Below are positions 52,334 through 63,907 of a DNA stretch of 64,000 nucleotides, piece after piece (the stretch's first letter is position 1; every line of letters starts with the position of its first letter). A model generated the notes under the pieces. That model saw only the letters and a program-made list of their open reading frames with translations. It was not told where the DNA came from and did no database searches. The stretch is from Neoechinorhynchus agilis (lineage: Eukaryota; Animalia; Acanthocephala): positions 15,081,480 to 15,145,479 of the forward strand of contig CM121342.1 in assembly GCA_051530055.1 (NCBI GenBank), in the 5' to 3' direction. Both the position numbers and the translations under genes were made by a program.

Positions 52334-53096
52334 TCACTCAGGCTGCCGTAATGATGTTATGGTCGAAAGGATAGATGTAGCGTCGTTGCCCAGTTGCACA
52401 GCCGAACTTATGTTTTGAATGAGGAAATCAAACGATTCCGAAATTCGTTTCGGTCGATTTTTTCGATCACTTGTTTTCCATTCAATAATGCTTAAAGGAG
52501 CTTCGTCTTTCAAAGAAAGACGACCGACACAATCCACTACACCTCTATAGCACAGAACTGGATGACTTACAGGTTGCTCCAGAAAAGATGGCTTCTCGGC
52601 TAACACACGTTCGGATGTGCATAATTGAACACTTGACCAAAGCTTTATAACCGATTGATCGGTACTCACAGCGTCAGGTTTGTTAAAACGGTCCACAACG
52701 AACTTATGAAATGCCCGTCCTCTTTGTAGTATTTGTTTCTCATGCTCTTTAAACTTGTCAACGCCATCTCCTTCTCTTTTCGCTTCCTCCAATTTTCTAG
52801 GCGTAAACGGTCTTCTTCCGATTGAGTAAGGTTAAGAATCTCAGAAGCACTCAGGTAATCAACTTCATTTAACCAACAAGAAGTTGCTGTTTGCCCATTA
52901 TTGACCAAAGATAGGGGAAGTGTCTTCGCAGAGAAGTAAAGATCGATTGAATCGTTTTATGGGATAATTGTGATTTCGGAACATGTAATTTTTCCACCGG
53001 CCTATTCGTAGTCGAAACTCGGACAGTTGGACCGTAACGTAAATAAGTTTCTTTTCGGAAGGTTATCAGTGATTTCAAATCTTTTACTGTCTTCAA
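52334..53096 (-). pseudogene. MGME1: MGME1-like PD-(D/E)XK exonuclease, frameshifted, C-terminus replaced by a CRE tail
   Basis: LENWRKR, RGRAFH, LEQPVSHP.L.Y.G.VDC, IIEWKTS, SFD. An apparent 1-nt deletion lies near 52764. The 5' end is uncertain. Confidence 0.72.
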
Positions 53097-53599
53097 TTTT
53101 ATCTAGAAAAACAATGATCAAGCAAAAGCATTTTACGAAAAACTTCGTATCTGCTGCGAATAAAGAACAAAAACCTATGCTAAACTTCCAATAACAGTTA
53201 AAATACATTTTTAAGTGTTGCATACATCCTTTTCCCGGCTGATGATTTTCTGATTTAATCATTTCCCTGACCCGGATCAGTGGGATGTGTGCCAAAGGAA
53301 AACTATAAGATTGATAAAGGATGTTCACAACATTTAGAAAAAAAAGTATCCATTTAGCAAGACATAAGATAAAATTCAAATACTGTCAGATTTTGCGACC
53401 CAAGGTAAGTTCTCTTGAAGAATGGGAGGTATTTCCAAATGAAAACAGTCGTATTTCGCGAGAAGTTAAAACACAGACTTGCTTTTCGAGGGATCTTCGC
53501 AGTCCAGCGGTTAACATTAAATAATTACGTATCGATCACTGATATCTCACAGAGAAAATTTCAGCCGTCGTAATTTAGTCACGTTGTTTCGCCGTTCAA

Positions 53600-55620
53600 C
53601 TGCTATCTCGGGAATCTACAAAGGCGCTAACACGTTTTCTCGAGTTTTGATAGGATAAATGAACGTGGTTGTTTATTTTGGAGTGGATTACGGGTCCGGT
53701 TAAGTGGGAAGCACGGTCGGGTGGGAATTGGTGGTTCTTGTTTGTAGGAGAATTTGTGATGTTGGGTGTTTCCTCCAGTTCATTTCGGGTCTTGATATCC
53801 GAGAATATTGAGCAGTATGGGAAAAGGAGCAAAGGTAGAGGTAGGTTCAAGGTATAGGAGGATGAAACGGATTAGAATTACGAGTTTTTTGCTCATATGA
53901 AAAGGGGAATAAAATGTGGTAAAAATTGTGGTGGTAGGTTTGAGAGGCATTCTGATTGTTTGTTAAAATCCTATAAAGACATTTGGTGAGTGGGAGAAAA
54001 TCAATTGTGCAAATTTTAGATGTTCTTTTATGAAATATTTCAAGACGACGGATTTGAGATTTGGATAGGTTGCAAAAGACGGGATAACCGTAGGTGAGGG
54101 AGGGTAGAATAAAGCAGAAGTAAAATTTGGAGAGATTGGGTAAAGAGATTCCTAAATGTCGGAGGCGTTTGAGAAGATCAATTTTAAAGGTGTTGCGTTT
54201 GAGGGAAAGAGTAATGTGCGCGTCCCATTGAAATTGGAGACCCCGAATTCCGAGCAAGGTGATTTGTCGGATGTCATTTGCAAGATCGGAGTACGAAAAT
54301 TGGTTTGCGGGAGAGTGAGGGGAGTGCAGAAATCTTTTATGTGTGTGATTTCTTTAGATGCCAAAGAGAGGGAGAGGTTAGATAGTGGTTGTTATATGAG
54401 GGTGAGATTGTCGGCGTAAAAGAAACGTTTAGAGCGAGAGGAGAGTGGTTTACGTTCGTTTAAGAAAATATTTAATAGAGACGATAACAGGACGGCACTT
54501 TCAGGTACGTCATTGATGAAGGATGGGGTGATGGAGGCGATAGCTCAGCAACGAATCGATTGCTAGCGACTGCGAAGATAAAAGGTGCCGAAAATTTGGG
54601 TCAAAAGCGGAATTGCAAGGGCGATCGTTTTTTGTTGAAAAGTGGAAAAAGCGAGCATTGAAACATTTTTCGATTATTATTGAAAGAGCTAGCAGAATGG
54701 ATATTGGACGTTGGATGATTGGGTGGAAATCGGAGGTCCATTTTTGGGAAGAAGATTTACTTTATAAAGTTTATGGCAAGAAGGGTAGATTCCATATAAA
54801 AAGGTGCGATTTATAATGAGGTTAAAAGGGTCTATGAGTTCCGAGATGATGCAGCGAAGAGCCCAGTTTGTGATTTCGAATTTACATGACGAATTTTGAG
54901 GTATTTTTTTGAGATGTAAGAGGAATTAATATGAAAAAACTAAGGAGAGTTTTGGAGAGTTGACAGAAGTGTCAGTCGTGGGAGTGATAGTTTGTGTTTG
55001 GTATAAGACCGGACAATGGTTGCACTTTGAGTTTGGACATCGGTTTTGACTTATGGAGTCTAGAACATGTTTCAATTTCACCTAGCGATATTCACTCAGA
55101 AAATTGATTTATATTGAAAATTTTCGGCCTTTTCGTTGGCCTTCTTCAGTCAGATCTAGAATGCTTGTAAGTTTTTAAATATGTGAGTTCGTCTCTCATT
55201 TCAGAATAGAAGTTTGGGAAGGAATCGGATTTGCGTAGAAAAAGAGAGTCCTTGACTGATCGACGCCCTATTAAATTGTCACCTGAACGAATCTTGGAAG
55301 AAAGTATTTTGAGGAAGTGCTTTTTGGAAAAGGGAAAGTCAGGAGATTGATCGCGACGGGCCGTAGATGTTTAATTTTGAAGGAGTTTCAATATGGAGGA
55401 ATCCATGGCGGGTCACGGTTTTATATTCTAATGAAGTTCTTGGGTATTGCTAAACTTGAAGAATATTTTATGATTAAGGTTGGGGAAGATATGGCCAACG
55501 AAGGTATTTGTGTTACCAGGGGGATGGTGAGAAGCATGAAATTGTATATGATCTCGTTTATCCCAGACGAGTAAGCGAGCTGATTTTTGACGCTCAGGTG
55601 GGATGAAGAAAGGTAGAAGC
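53600..55620 (-). mobile_element. Degraded L2/CR1-like LINE copy
   Basis: WDAHI...LLKRLRHLGIS...ILPSLTYGYP, and an ISELIDP-like segment near 54850. Confidence 0.75.
55069..55187 (-). repeat. Single arm of the palindromic family
   Basis: Near-identical to the left arm at 39144-39225, including the hammerhead-like core. Confidence 0.85.
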
Positions 55621-55806
55621 GTGGTTAGAGTTCGCGGGGCGGAGCCAGTTTAGAGCCGGGTGAATATTTAAAGCTGGAACCGACCGTCAAAGTATTCATT
55701 TAAAAGGATTCTAATTTGCAAATAGGAACAGAATCTAAAATTCCGAACCGTTTACCGTTTTAATTTAATGAATCTAATGTTTATTATTCGGAGCAATTCT
55801 AACTGA

Positions 55807-58015
55807 TCATGGAGCACACCGTCCGGCGGTTCTTGGATAAAGGCAGACGTCCCGAATGTGGTACCGGTTAAGCAACCAAACCAAATACCTTTCAAGTCCT
55901 AAGCCATATCCACCGTGTGGAAAATCTCCATACTTTCTCTGATCCAAATACCAATAATAAGGCTCAGGGTTTATCGCGTTTCGTTCAAATGCATATTCTA
56001 ATTCTTGATAACCGTTCATACGCATTGATCCTCCAACAACCTCGCCAACATTTGGTAAAAGCACATCTACACTTTCAGTTAACCTTGGATCCTCCGGATC
56101 TTTCCTCATATAAAACGCCTTGAGTTCAGCTGGGAATCGGCATAAAAGAATGGGACAACCAATCTTGTCTGTCATGGCTCGTTCTGGGGCTTCTGAAATG
56201 TCATCACCAAAACGAAACTCGCGTTCTTCGCCATCTTCCAGACGATTCTTTATTCCGTTTTGATTTAGATATTCAATAGCGTCAGAGTAGTTTAGACGCA
56301 CAAAAGGGCGCTTGGGAACTTCAAATCCAGGATTAAGATCATTAAGTAACTGCTTGCCTTCTGGGTGCTTTGTAACCCTTTCAGCTAATGATGCCGTTCT
56401 CTGGCGATAAAAACGATTGAAGAATAAATATCTCTGAAATTCCATGCAAATGATTAGTTTTTTAGTTTAGTTTACCCACTACATTTTTTTCTGAATATCG
56501 ACCTAGTCAAGTAAAGACGATAGTCTTTTCGCATAACTTTATCGGACAAAAGCAAGGAAACGAAAACAATTATTGACTACTAAACAACTTTGAGCTAAAA
56601 AAAAGCGGTAAATATAATATTAAGATTAGTAGTGAAGAGCCCTAAACGATTTTCTAACCGATTGCTCATTGTTCGTCGATTAACTTTTTTGTAGAACAAA
56701 ATTTTAGACAAAAGAACCGAAGGCTACAAGAGCATCTAAAGAAACAAATTCATCCTATGAGAATGGATTACGTCGCTTTTGAAGACTTCAAATTTAAAAG
56801 ATTCTACCTAAGCTTTCTACACGAAACGTTCAAAATGAGAACATTAGCGTTCTCTATCGAAATTAATTGCATGCAAATCAATTAAAAGAGTACCATTTTA
56901 AACCAAAAACCATGAGAAGAGAATAGCATACCTCTACATCAACAATTAGATCTTCGATATCATCAAGAAGCTGATTAAAATCAATAAATGGGATTTCTCC
57001 TTCGACATGAAAGTACTCTGACAAATGTCTCCTCGTCCTTGCATTTTCCGCTCTGTAAGAAGAAATAATACAAAAAGTCCTTCCAACTGCCGGACAAACG
57101 GTCTCAAGATACAACTGACTGGATTGTGTTAAATACGCATTAGACCCGTAGTAATTGAGATTGAACAGAGTTGCACCCCCTTCTACTTGTGTTTGAACCA
57201 AAGTTGGAGGAAAGACTTCGCAGTACTTGCGATCAAAGTAATGATCCCTAAAGCATTGAGTGACAATGGAACGCATCCTTAAGATCTTCGAAGTGTTTTC
57301 TCCTCTAATCACTAAATGCCTCAAATCGAGAAGTGTATCAGGATTCGCTTCAACATTAAGAACAGAATCAATTCCGCCGGCAGGAGCCATACCCAATATT
57401 TCCAAATGACGAACTTTCAACTCTCGTCCACCTTCGACTGCAGTTTTTCCTTCAGGGAGCTTGACAATCTGTCCAAACAACAAAACACTGGATTCGGTAG
57501 AGATTTCATTTGCGTATTCGGCAAGTTCGTTTTGCAGAACACACTGTAGAAAACCTGTTCCGTCTCTCAATATGAGAAATGTGAGCTTTTTCGATTGTTG
57601 GCGTAACCTATGAACCCACCCATAGACCTTAACCATCGAAAGGTCACAAGAGTTGTGGATTTCACGAATCAGAACTGCCTTTGTTTTGCTTATTTCAGCC
57701 TGATCTTCGTCCTTTGGGCTATAAGTGACAGAGGACTTTGGCATTGCTTTAGCCACTAGTCTTTTGTTTTCGTTTATATTGTTCATGAATAGCAGACCAT
57801 TTTTTGAATCGGCTCTTGGTTATTGGCTCAAACCCAACACTCGCATCTTGTCTTATAAATATCGATGACATCGGGGGAAGGGCTTTTGTGGTACGAAAGG
57901 CAGCATCGAATGAAAAATAGGGACTTTCTATAGTGCCATCACCTTCGTTACCACTATCTGGGTTAAGACAGCAAATGTAAATGGGAGCTGTAGATGATCC
58001 GTTAGATGCTGACAT
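55807..58015 (-). CDS. NARS1: Cytosolic asparaginyl-tRNA synthetase
   Basis: N-terminal GDGT..P domain, GWVHRLR, LRDGTG.LQCVL, QTQVEGG, LTQSSQLYLE, RTRRHLSEY.HVE, GYGLGLER. Intron at 56401-56931; one unresolved frame switch near 57740. Confidence 0.97.
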
Positions 58016-58887
58016 CTAAAAACTTCAGACTTTGTAATTCCGAAACGTTGACAATGCAAAATGCATATAAAAAGACTAAATTTTGAGAATTACCGTCTAA
58101 AAATCGATAGGAAATTTTCAGTATGATCAACCAATTTGGATTTTCCAAAGAAATAAAAAATAGTCCCAATCATTGTCGTTGGTTGCCTTGGATTCTCGGA
58201 TTCGTCAGTATTTTCGTCTGTGTTCTTGTATGGGAGAGCAATCCGATAACGATGTTTGGCATTGGGGGATTAGTAGTGATGTTTACTGGATGGTCTCCTG
58301 TCTTTATTACCTATATTTTCTCTTGTCGTCTATCTTCTCGGTAAATTCAGTAGGTGGATCTTCTGGTCAGTCGATTTTCAGTAAGATTTATCCATGTTTT
58401 GGATAGCGTCGCCGTATTGATTTATTATATTGCTGCGATTCATAAAAGAAAAGGAAATGAGGTCGCTGAGAACTTGCGCATGTTACTGAGACTTGGTCGC
58501 GTAATCACGGATCCGGTTGCTTAGCCGGAAATGGCCGATGGCAAAACTAGAAGCTGAGACGATGGTGAGGATTGATGGTTGCAGCGGTCACACAAGTCCC
58601 GGTCTCTTAGGGTCCGAAGCTTCTTAGCCTTCAAGTGGCGCTTGGAACTGGTTTTGACATTGGTACTGTAAAGGGTTTCTTTACGATTTGTGAAACTGGA
58701 ATCGATTATTCAACATAAAAGGGCCTCGCTCGATAAATCAGCATTTTATAAGTTACCGGGGTAGTTACTCGTTTCATCAATGGTCGTTCAGGTTGCTTAC
58801 TACTTTTATATACATTGACTATACCGTCGAAATTCTTGTCACCACCATTGTTAAATAGTTTCTTGGATTGTATTCGAGGGAATGAAA

Positions 58888-59160
58888 TTATTAATTGTTC
58901 GGGCGCAACTTTACCCTGAACCTCCCCGCGATATTAATTGATTTATTGTAAATTCTCTCGACCGCATGCGGACCTCTTAAGACGTCTATAAAAAAATGCG
59001 TTTTAAATTAATTGGTACTTACATGAAAGGAAGTGTCGGTTGCTATCTCTCGGAATCTCTTCAGATTCCAAGACGACGTATTACTCTCCATACAACATAC
59101 AGACATAAAAATCACATCCTTGATCAATCTTTTCCTTGTGTTAGTTTCCTTGGTCAACAC
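58888..59160 (-). mobile_element. Penelope-like 3' terminal fragment
   Basis: Colinear with 50623-50870, including the terminal repeat. Confidence 0.8.
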
Positions 59161-59499
59161 TGCAGCGCTCGAAAAATCAAAGGAGCAACGATTCTGGGTC
59201 GCTTGAAAAGCATTTGATTTAAACTGACTTAATAAAGCGTTATTTAAACTTAATATGTCTTGATGCGATCAAAAAAGCCAATTTTTCATATATATTTGAT
59301 GCGCATGATTATTTATTAAAGTAAAGAACGATTATTTAAAATCAAAAAAATGGAAGCTTATGGATATTGGTTCGTTGAAAGGTTAGCTTCACCTCAAAGC
59401 AGTTTAGATATTGGTTGGCTTTGTGCACTAGACGATCTTGTAAAGAAATTATTCACACAATAGAATTATCTTGAAATTTTTCGGCCTCTTCGTTGGTCA

Positions 59500-60620
59500 C
59501 CGAAACTTTCGTTGCTGTGCGATAGGGTGAACGCTTTCTCACCTCACGAAGCGTTATTTCTGATAAATAACGCACTCTTTATCCCCAACATTCTTCAAAC
59601 ATAAGGAAGGATTGGCTAAGCTCGACGACAAGGTGAGGCTTGTCTCGAACGTATTTTAAATGTCCAGCTCTCAGATAAGGCGTGGCGACAAGCTTCATTG
59701 CCTGTATCATCTGGGGGATTTGGCATTCGGGCGCTAGTAGACCTTGCCTTGCCAGCCTTTCTTGGATCGTATGAGGGGAGTCAACCAATAGCGAGGAAAA
59801 TTCTGAGGAGAAAGTTTTATCTCGACCAAGACTGTGGTGGCAGTTGAAGAATGGTGCCAGTGGACAGGCGTTAACCATGTTCCCGTGAATGGCGTCAGAC
59901 AGTCGATCTGGGACAGACCTCTCGTCGCGAGAGCTCACAGCTCTCTACTTTCAGGTTCTCACGATGGGATTGTCCGAGCTAGATTGTTGGCAGTTTTGAC
60001 ACGAGAATCGGGCCGTGGTTGGAAGCTGTTCCTCTGGCATCTGTGGGAACTCTTCTCACTGATGAGGTACCGAGGATCGCAGTGTCCTTAAGGCTTGGTC
60101 TGCCGATATGCACGCCCCATCGCTGTCGATGTGGGTCTTTGGTTGATGCTTTCGGGCGACACGGTCTCGTTTGCCGAAAGTCAAGAGGAAGGTTCTCACG
60201 CCATTCTGAGATCAACAGCGTAATTTCTCGGGCGTTGAGAACGGCGAACTTACCAACATTTTGGAACCCGCTCGTCTTTGTCGACTAGACGGTCGTGGAC
60301 CTAACGGAATTTCAGTCTTTCCGTGGCGGGAGGGCAAATGCCTTCTCTGGGACGCCACGCGTGTGGACACCCTCGCAGTAATCAACATTCCCTACTCTCT
60401 CGAAATCGCTGGAGGTTCAGCCAATGCAGCGGAAGGGAGGAAGGTACGAAAATATAGGGATTTAGAGAAGGTCCACTATTTTGTCCCCTTCGGAGTCTGC
60501 GCTCATTCTGCTCCAGGATCTCTCAAAGAAATCGAGAGAAACGACCAACGACGCACGAGCAGGTGTATCCATGCGACAAAATATCGCGCTTGCAGTACAA
60601 CGAGGCAATGCTGGCTAGCG
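59500..60620 (+). mobile_element. CRE 3' portion, multiply frameshifted
   Basis: SIWDRPL, PHRCRCG, RHSEIN, WDATRVDTLA, FVPFGV, QRGN. Confidence 0.87.
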
Positions 60621-60989
60621 AAGATTTTGCGGACGGTGGTGATTGCACGTTTTGTGCTTCATTATTGTAAAACTTATTGTATTTTACAGGTCTTCGTCTG
60701 CTCGGACTGAATTCTCAACAATGTGGAAACTATGTTGCCCAACTAATCCTTTTTTCGACGTATTGAAATTTTTAGTCAACTATCGGGTGATATCGAGCTG
60801 TTTTAACATTGCATATGACGCAGGAACATCCCCACTTAATTAGAAGCGTAGACTTGCGGATTTTTAACTTGGACACAATTAAGTGTGCTGCAAATGTCAC
60901 TTGAAGAATACCTGAACAATTTATTCTTTTTAAAATCAGCATTTTTGATAATTTTTGGCAAATTTGTAATTCGAAGTTTATTAAATCTT

Positions 60990-61230
60990 TCATGATTCGA
61001 AAGTACGAATGCGGCGTTCCTCCCCTTTTGCACAGGATTGCTCCATCCCTCGGATCGCCAGTTATTCGTCTCAATCTCTTCGACAGTTGATTGGTGAGGT
61101 CCTGCGCGCTCTCGGTACCAAACGACCCTTGTGTCTCGGTCCCATAGAAATAATGATTTCGGCCCAGGTCCCTGTATTTGGATTTTTTGCGATCCTCAGC
61201 AGCGGCAACAGCGGCGAATTTTACGCTGTT
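60990..61230 (-). mobile_element. CRE 3' fragment
   Basis: AAEDRKKSKYRDL...GTETQGSFG...RITGDPR. Confidence 0.8.
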
Positions 61231-61898
61231 GGCGCGTTCATTTCGACGTTTCGTGTGTACCTTTTGCCTGATTTCTGACAGACAAAACCATGGCGTCTGG
61301 ATCGTTCCACGGTCACTCCACAATGGCAGCGATGGGATGTGCACATCGGCACCGCAAATCTCAGGGACACTGCGATCCTTACTGTGTTTGAAAATTGAGT
61401 TATTCATGTTTGTTTATGGCAGAAAAATTAGAGTTTTATTAAATCCGATATTTTGGTGGAATATTGTGCCTTTATCAAGGTTATGTCCCGTCGGAGAGAA
61501 GGGTACCCACAGAAGCGATTGGGATAGCGTTGAGCCAAGCACCCGATGCTCTTGTAGAGACTGCCGTCAATCGAGTTCGATTCACTAGGTCACAAGAATC
61601 TGAAATTAAAGAGATATGAAGTCCTAAACTTAATGTTTGCGAACCAAACTGTCGATTTTCAATTAACTAGGCATCTTTTCGGTTGAAACTTGAATGTTGG
61701 CACACGAGTCAGAATATCGACGTGAAGGTGAAAACAATGGCTACTTAAACATTCCCTTCGTGCCATCAAAGAGAAAGACTGATATTCTTTAAAGGCAACA
61801 AATAACGAATACTCGATCAGAGAAGGTCTAAAAATAGTTCTAAAACATCTTGAAAACTTTTTTAAATGATAAATAGGGACGAGCAATTCTGGCAGTGT

Positions 61899-63907
61899 TT
61901 AAGAAAGAGCTGTACTACACACGGTATCCATCATGATGTTTACGCATTCACGGACATCTTTGCAAGGTTGTCTTACAAACGACAGACAGAGTTCAACATT
62001 ATTTGTGTGTGGGAACATATCAACTGCAAATAAGGATTCTAGCTGAAATGGTATTCCTGCATACTTTTTAGACTCTCTTTTACACAAGTTAAGAAAGTCT
62101 TGTTTCGCTTGATTGAAGTCGCAGGAAATATAGAGCAATAGGTGGATACTTGGACAACTGCGAATCGCTCTAAGTGCGTTGGTGTGTAATCCAGCTCTCG
62201 GTGGATCCACAATAGCAACAATCCGTTGTTTCTCGGCTGAATTTAACAAGCATGGTAGAAAGTGTTCAGCTGTGTCCACAGTGAACTTTACTTTATCTTC
62301 GCTAAGTCCATTAAGTTCGATGTTACGGTGAGCGATTTCTATGGATTCCTTGGAGTTGTCCACTCCTATCGTTCGAGAGAATAGCTCGGATAGACTTATC
62401 GCCCATAGACCTGATCCACAACAAACGTCTACGTCAAATGATCCACATATTCGCTTCCTGGTGGACCGCTTGGCTTAAAAGAGCACAATCTCTCGATGAA
62501 CAGGTCAAAATAGACGACCTTAAGTTGTCAAGCAGCAGTTTGGCTGCGTAGATGTTTGGTTGGAAAAAAGAATTGGGTGGCATTAGAAACGATTTTCCTG
62601 CGTCAAAATCAGTTTCAATCAAGTCTTCGTCACTTTTGTGTAATATCCTCAAAGATCGTCTTTCTGTGTTCTTGTCAAATGTTATATAAGCAGAGTGCAA
62701 TTCACATTTCATTTTCAATTGACCAACGAGTTTCTCAGCAATCAAAATCACTTCGTCGTCGGATGAAGAGTGCTCAACGCTAAAAATCAAAGATAATTTC
62801 CCCGAAGTCGTCGATTTGACAATTACAGTTTTCCAAAATCCAACTCGACGAATTTTACAAAAAGGAGGGAAAATATCGACGTGCCTTGATAGTTCCAATT
62901 CAATGCATTCTGCCACTTGTTCTAATTGCTCAGTCATAAATGGGATTTTGTTCGTTCTGTGAATTACGATTTTGGTGCTATTAAATTTTCCGATGTTGAA
63001 TCCCACACGTACTTCTCCTTTATTTCCCCGTCCAATTGTAAACTCCAGTTTGCTTCGATATCCACGTAATTTGGGAGATGCGTATATTTTTAACTGAGAC
63101 CTGAGATTTGTCTGACAAAAACACTTTTCTTTTATAATACGTAGAAAACGCCACACTTTATCTTTTTTCTGCCTGAGCTGTTCATTATATGAAATATTCC
63201 ATAGAGGACACAGAGCTTTAAGCAGCAAGTTGTCTAAGTCAACGATTTTAATGTTTGCGATTCGGACTAAAACCTTAAGTTAATTTTTTTCATACGAATT
63301 GTTTAATGAGCAACCTGCAAAATTAAAAAATGAGTTTTAGACTTCTTTACATGAGTTTTGAACCTAATAAAAGTAGTCGCTAGCCATGAACAGTTTCGTA
63401 TGGCTGAAATGAAGGAAAAAGTTTTATAACCCAAACCCTAGCAAAAGGTTCTTGTAAATCACATTGGATCGCCACGAATGTTGCCAAATTTCTAATATTT
63501 AAGCGAAAAATAATTAAAAACATAAAAATCGTTCATGTAATTGTTCCTCGCTTACGTTTTCGCTAATGATAGAAATTGTGTTCGATTTTCGATGTGGCGC
63601 ATCTTTTAACAACAGTACCGAATTTCCACTGTATTTGTAATTTTGAAGGAGGGAATAAGCTTTGTCGTAATCCCTTTCTGATTTAACATTTAAAGTGATT
63701 CTTCAATTTTAAGGGGGCCAAAATTCAAAGTATCACAGCTACGTAAATCAAGTGATGTGCAAAATAATTTATAGCTCCATATTGAATTCCAAGACGTTGA
63801 AGTAGTTTCTTTATCTTCTTTAGGTCTAAGCGATTATTCCTTGTTACAGATTTACGTTCAATCGATATTCGATATGACTTTGCTTCTGCCGTCTCACTGG
63901 TCTCCAT
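61899..63907 (-). CDS. TRMT2A: tRNA (uracil-5)-methyltransferase TRMT2A/Trm2
   Basis: RRM-like N-terminal exons, PLW..Y..QL, GYRSKLEFTIG, SFFQPN, VDVCCGSG, DPPRAGL, YISC, VDMFPHT. Introns near 63701-63734, 63274-63555 and 62474-62501 (28 nt). Confidence 0.92.

Noticed and set aside
56403-56847. hAT-type DNA transposon in NARS1 (8-bp duplication)
   Set aside because: No terminal inverted repeats, so it was not called as a transposon.
58123-58850. Hydrophobic plus-strand ORF and scattered minus-strand frames
   Set aside because: No recognisable motif or coherent splice model.
39518-63907. Bacterial horizontal transfer of AlkB or TrmA-type genes
   Set aside because: Motifs match eukaryotic ALKBH1 and TRMT2A, and TRMT2A has spliceosomal introns and an RRM-like domain.
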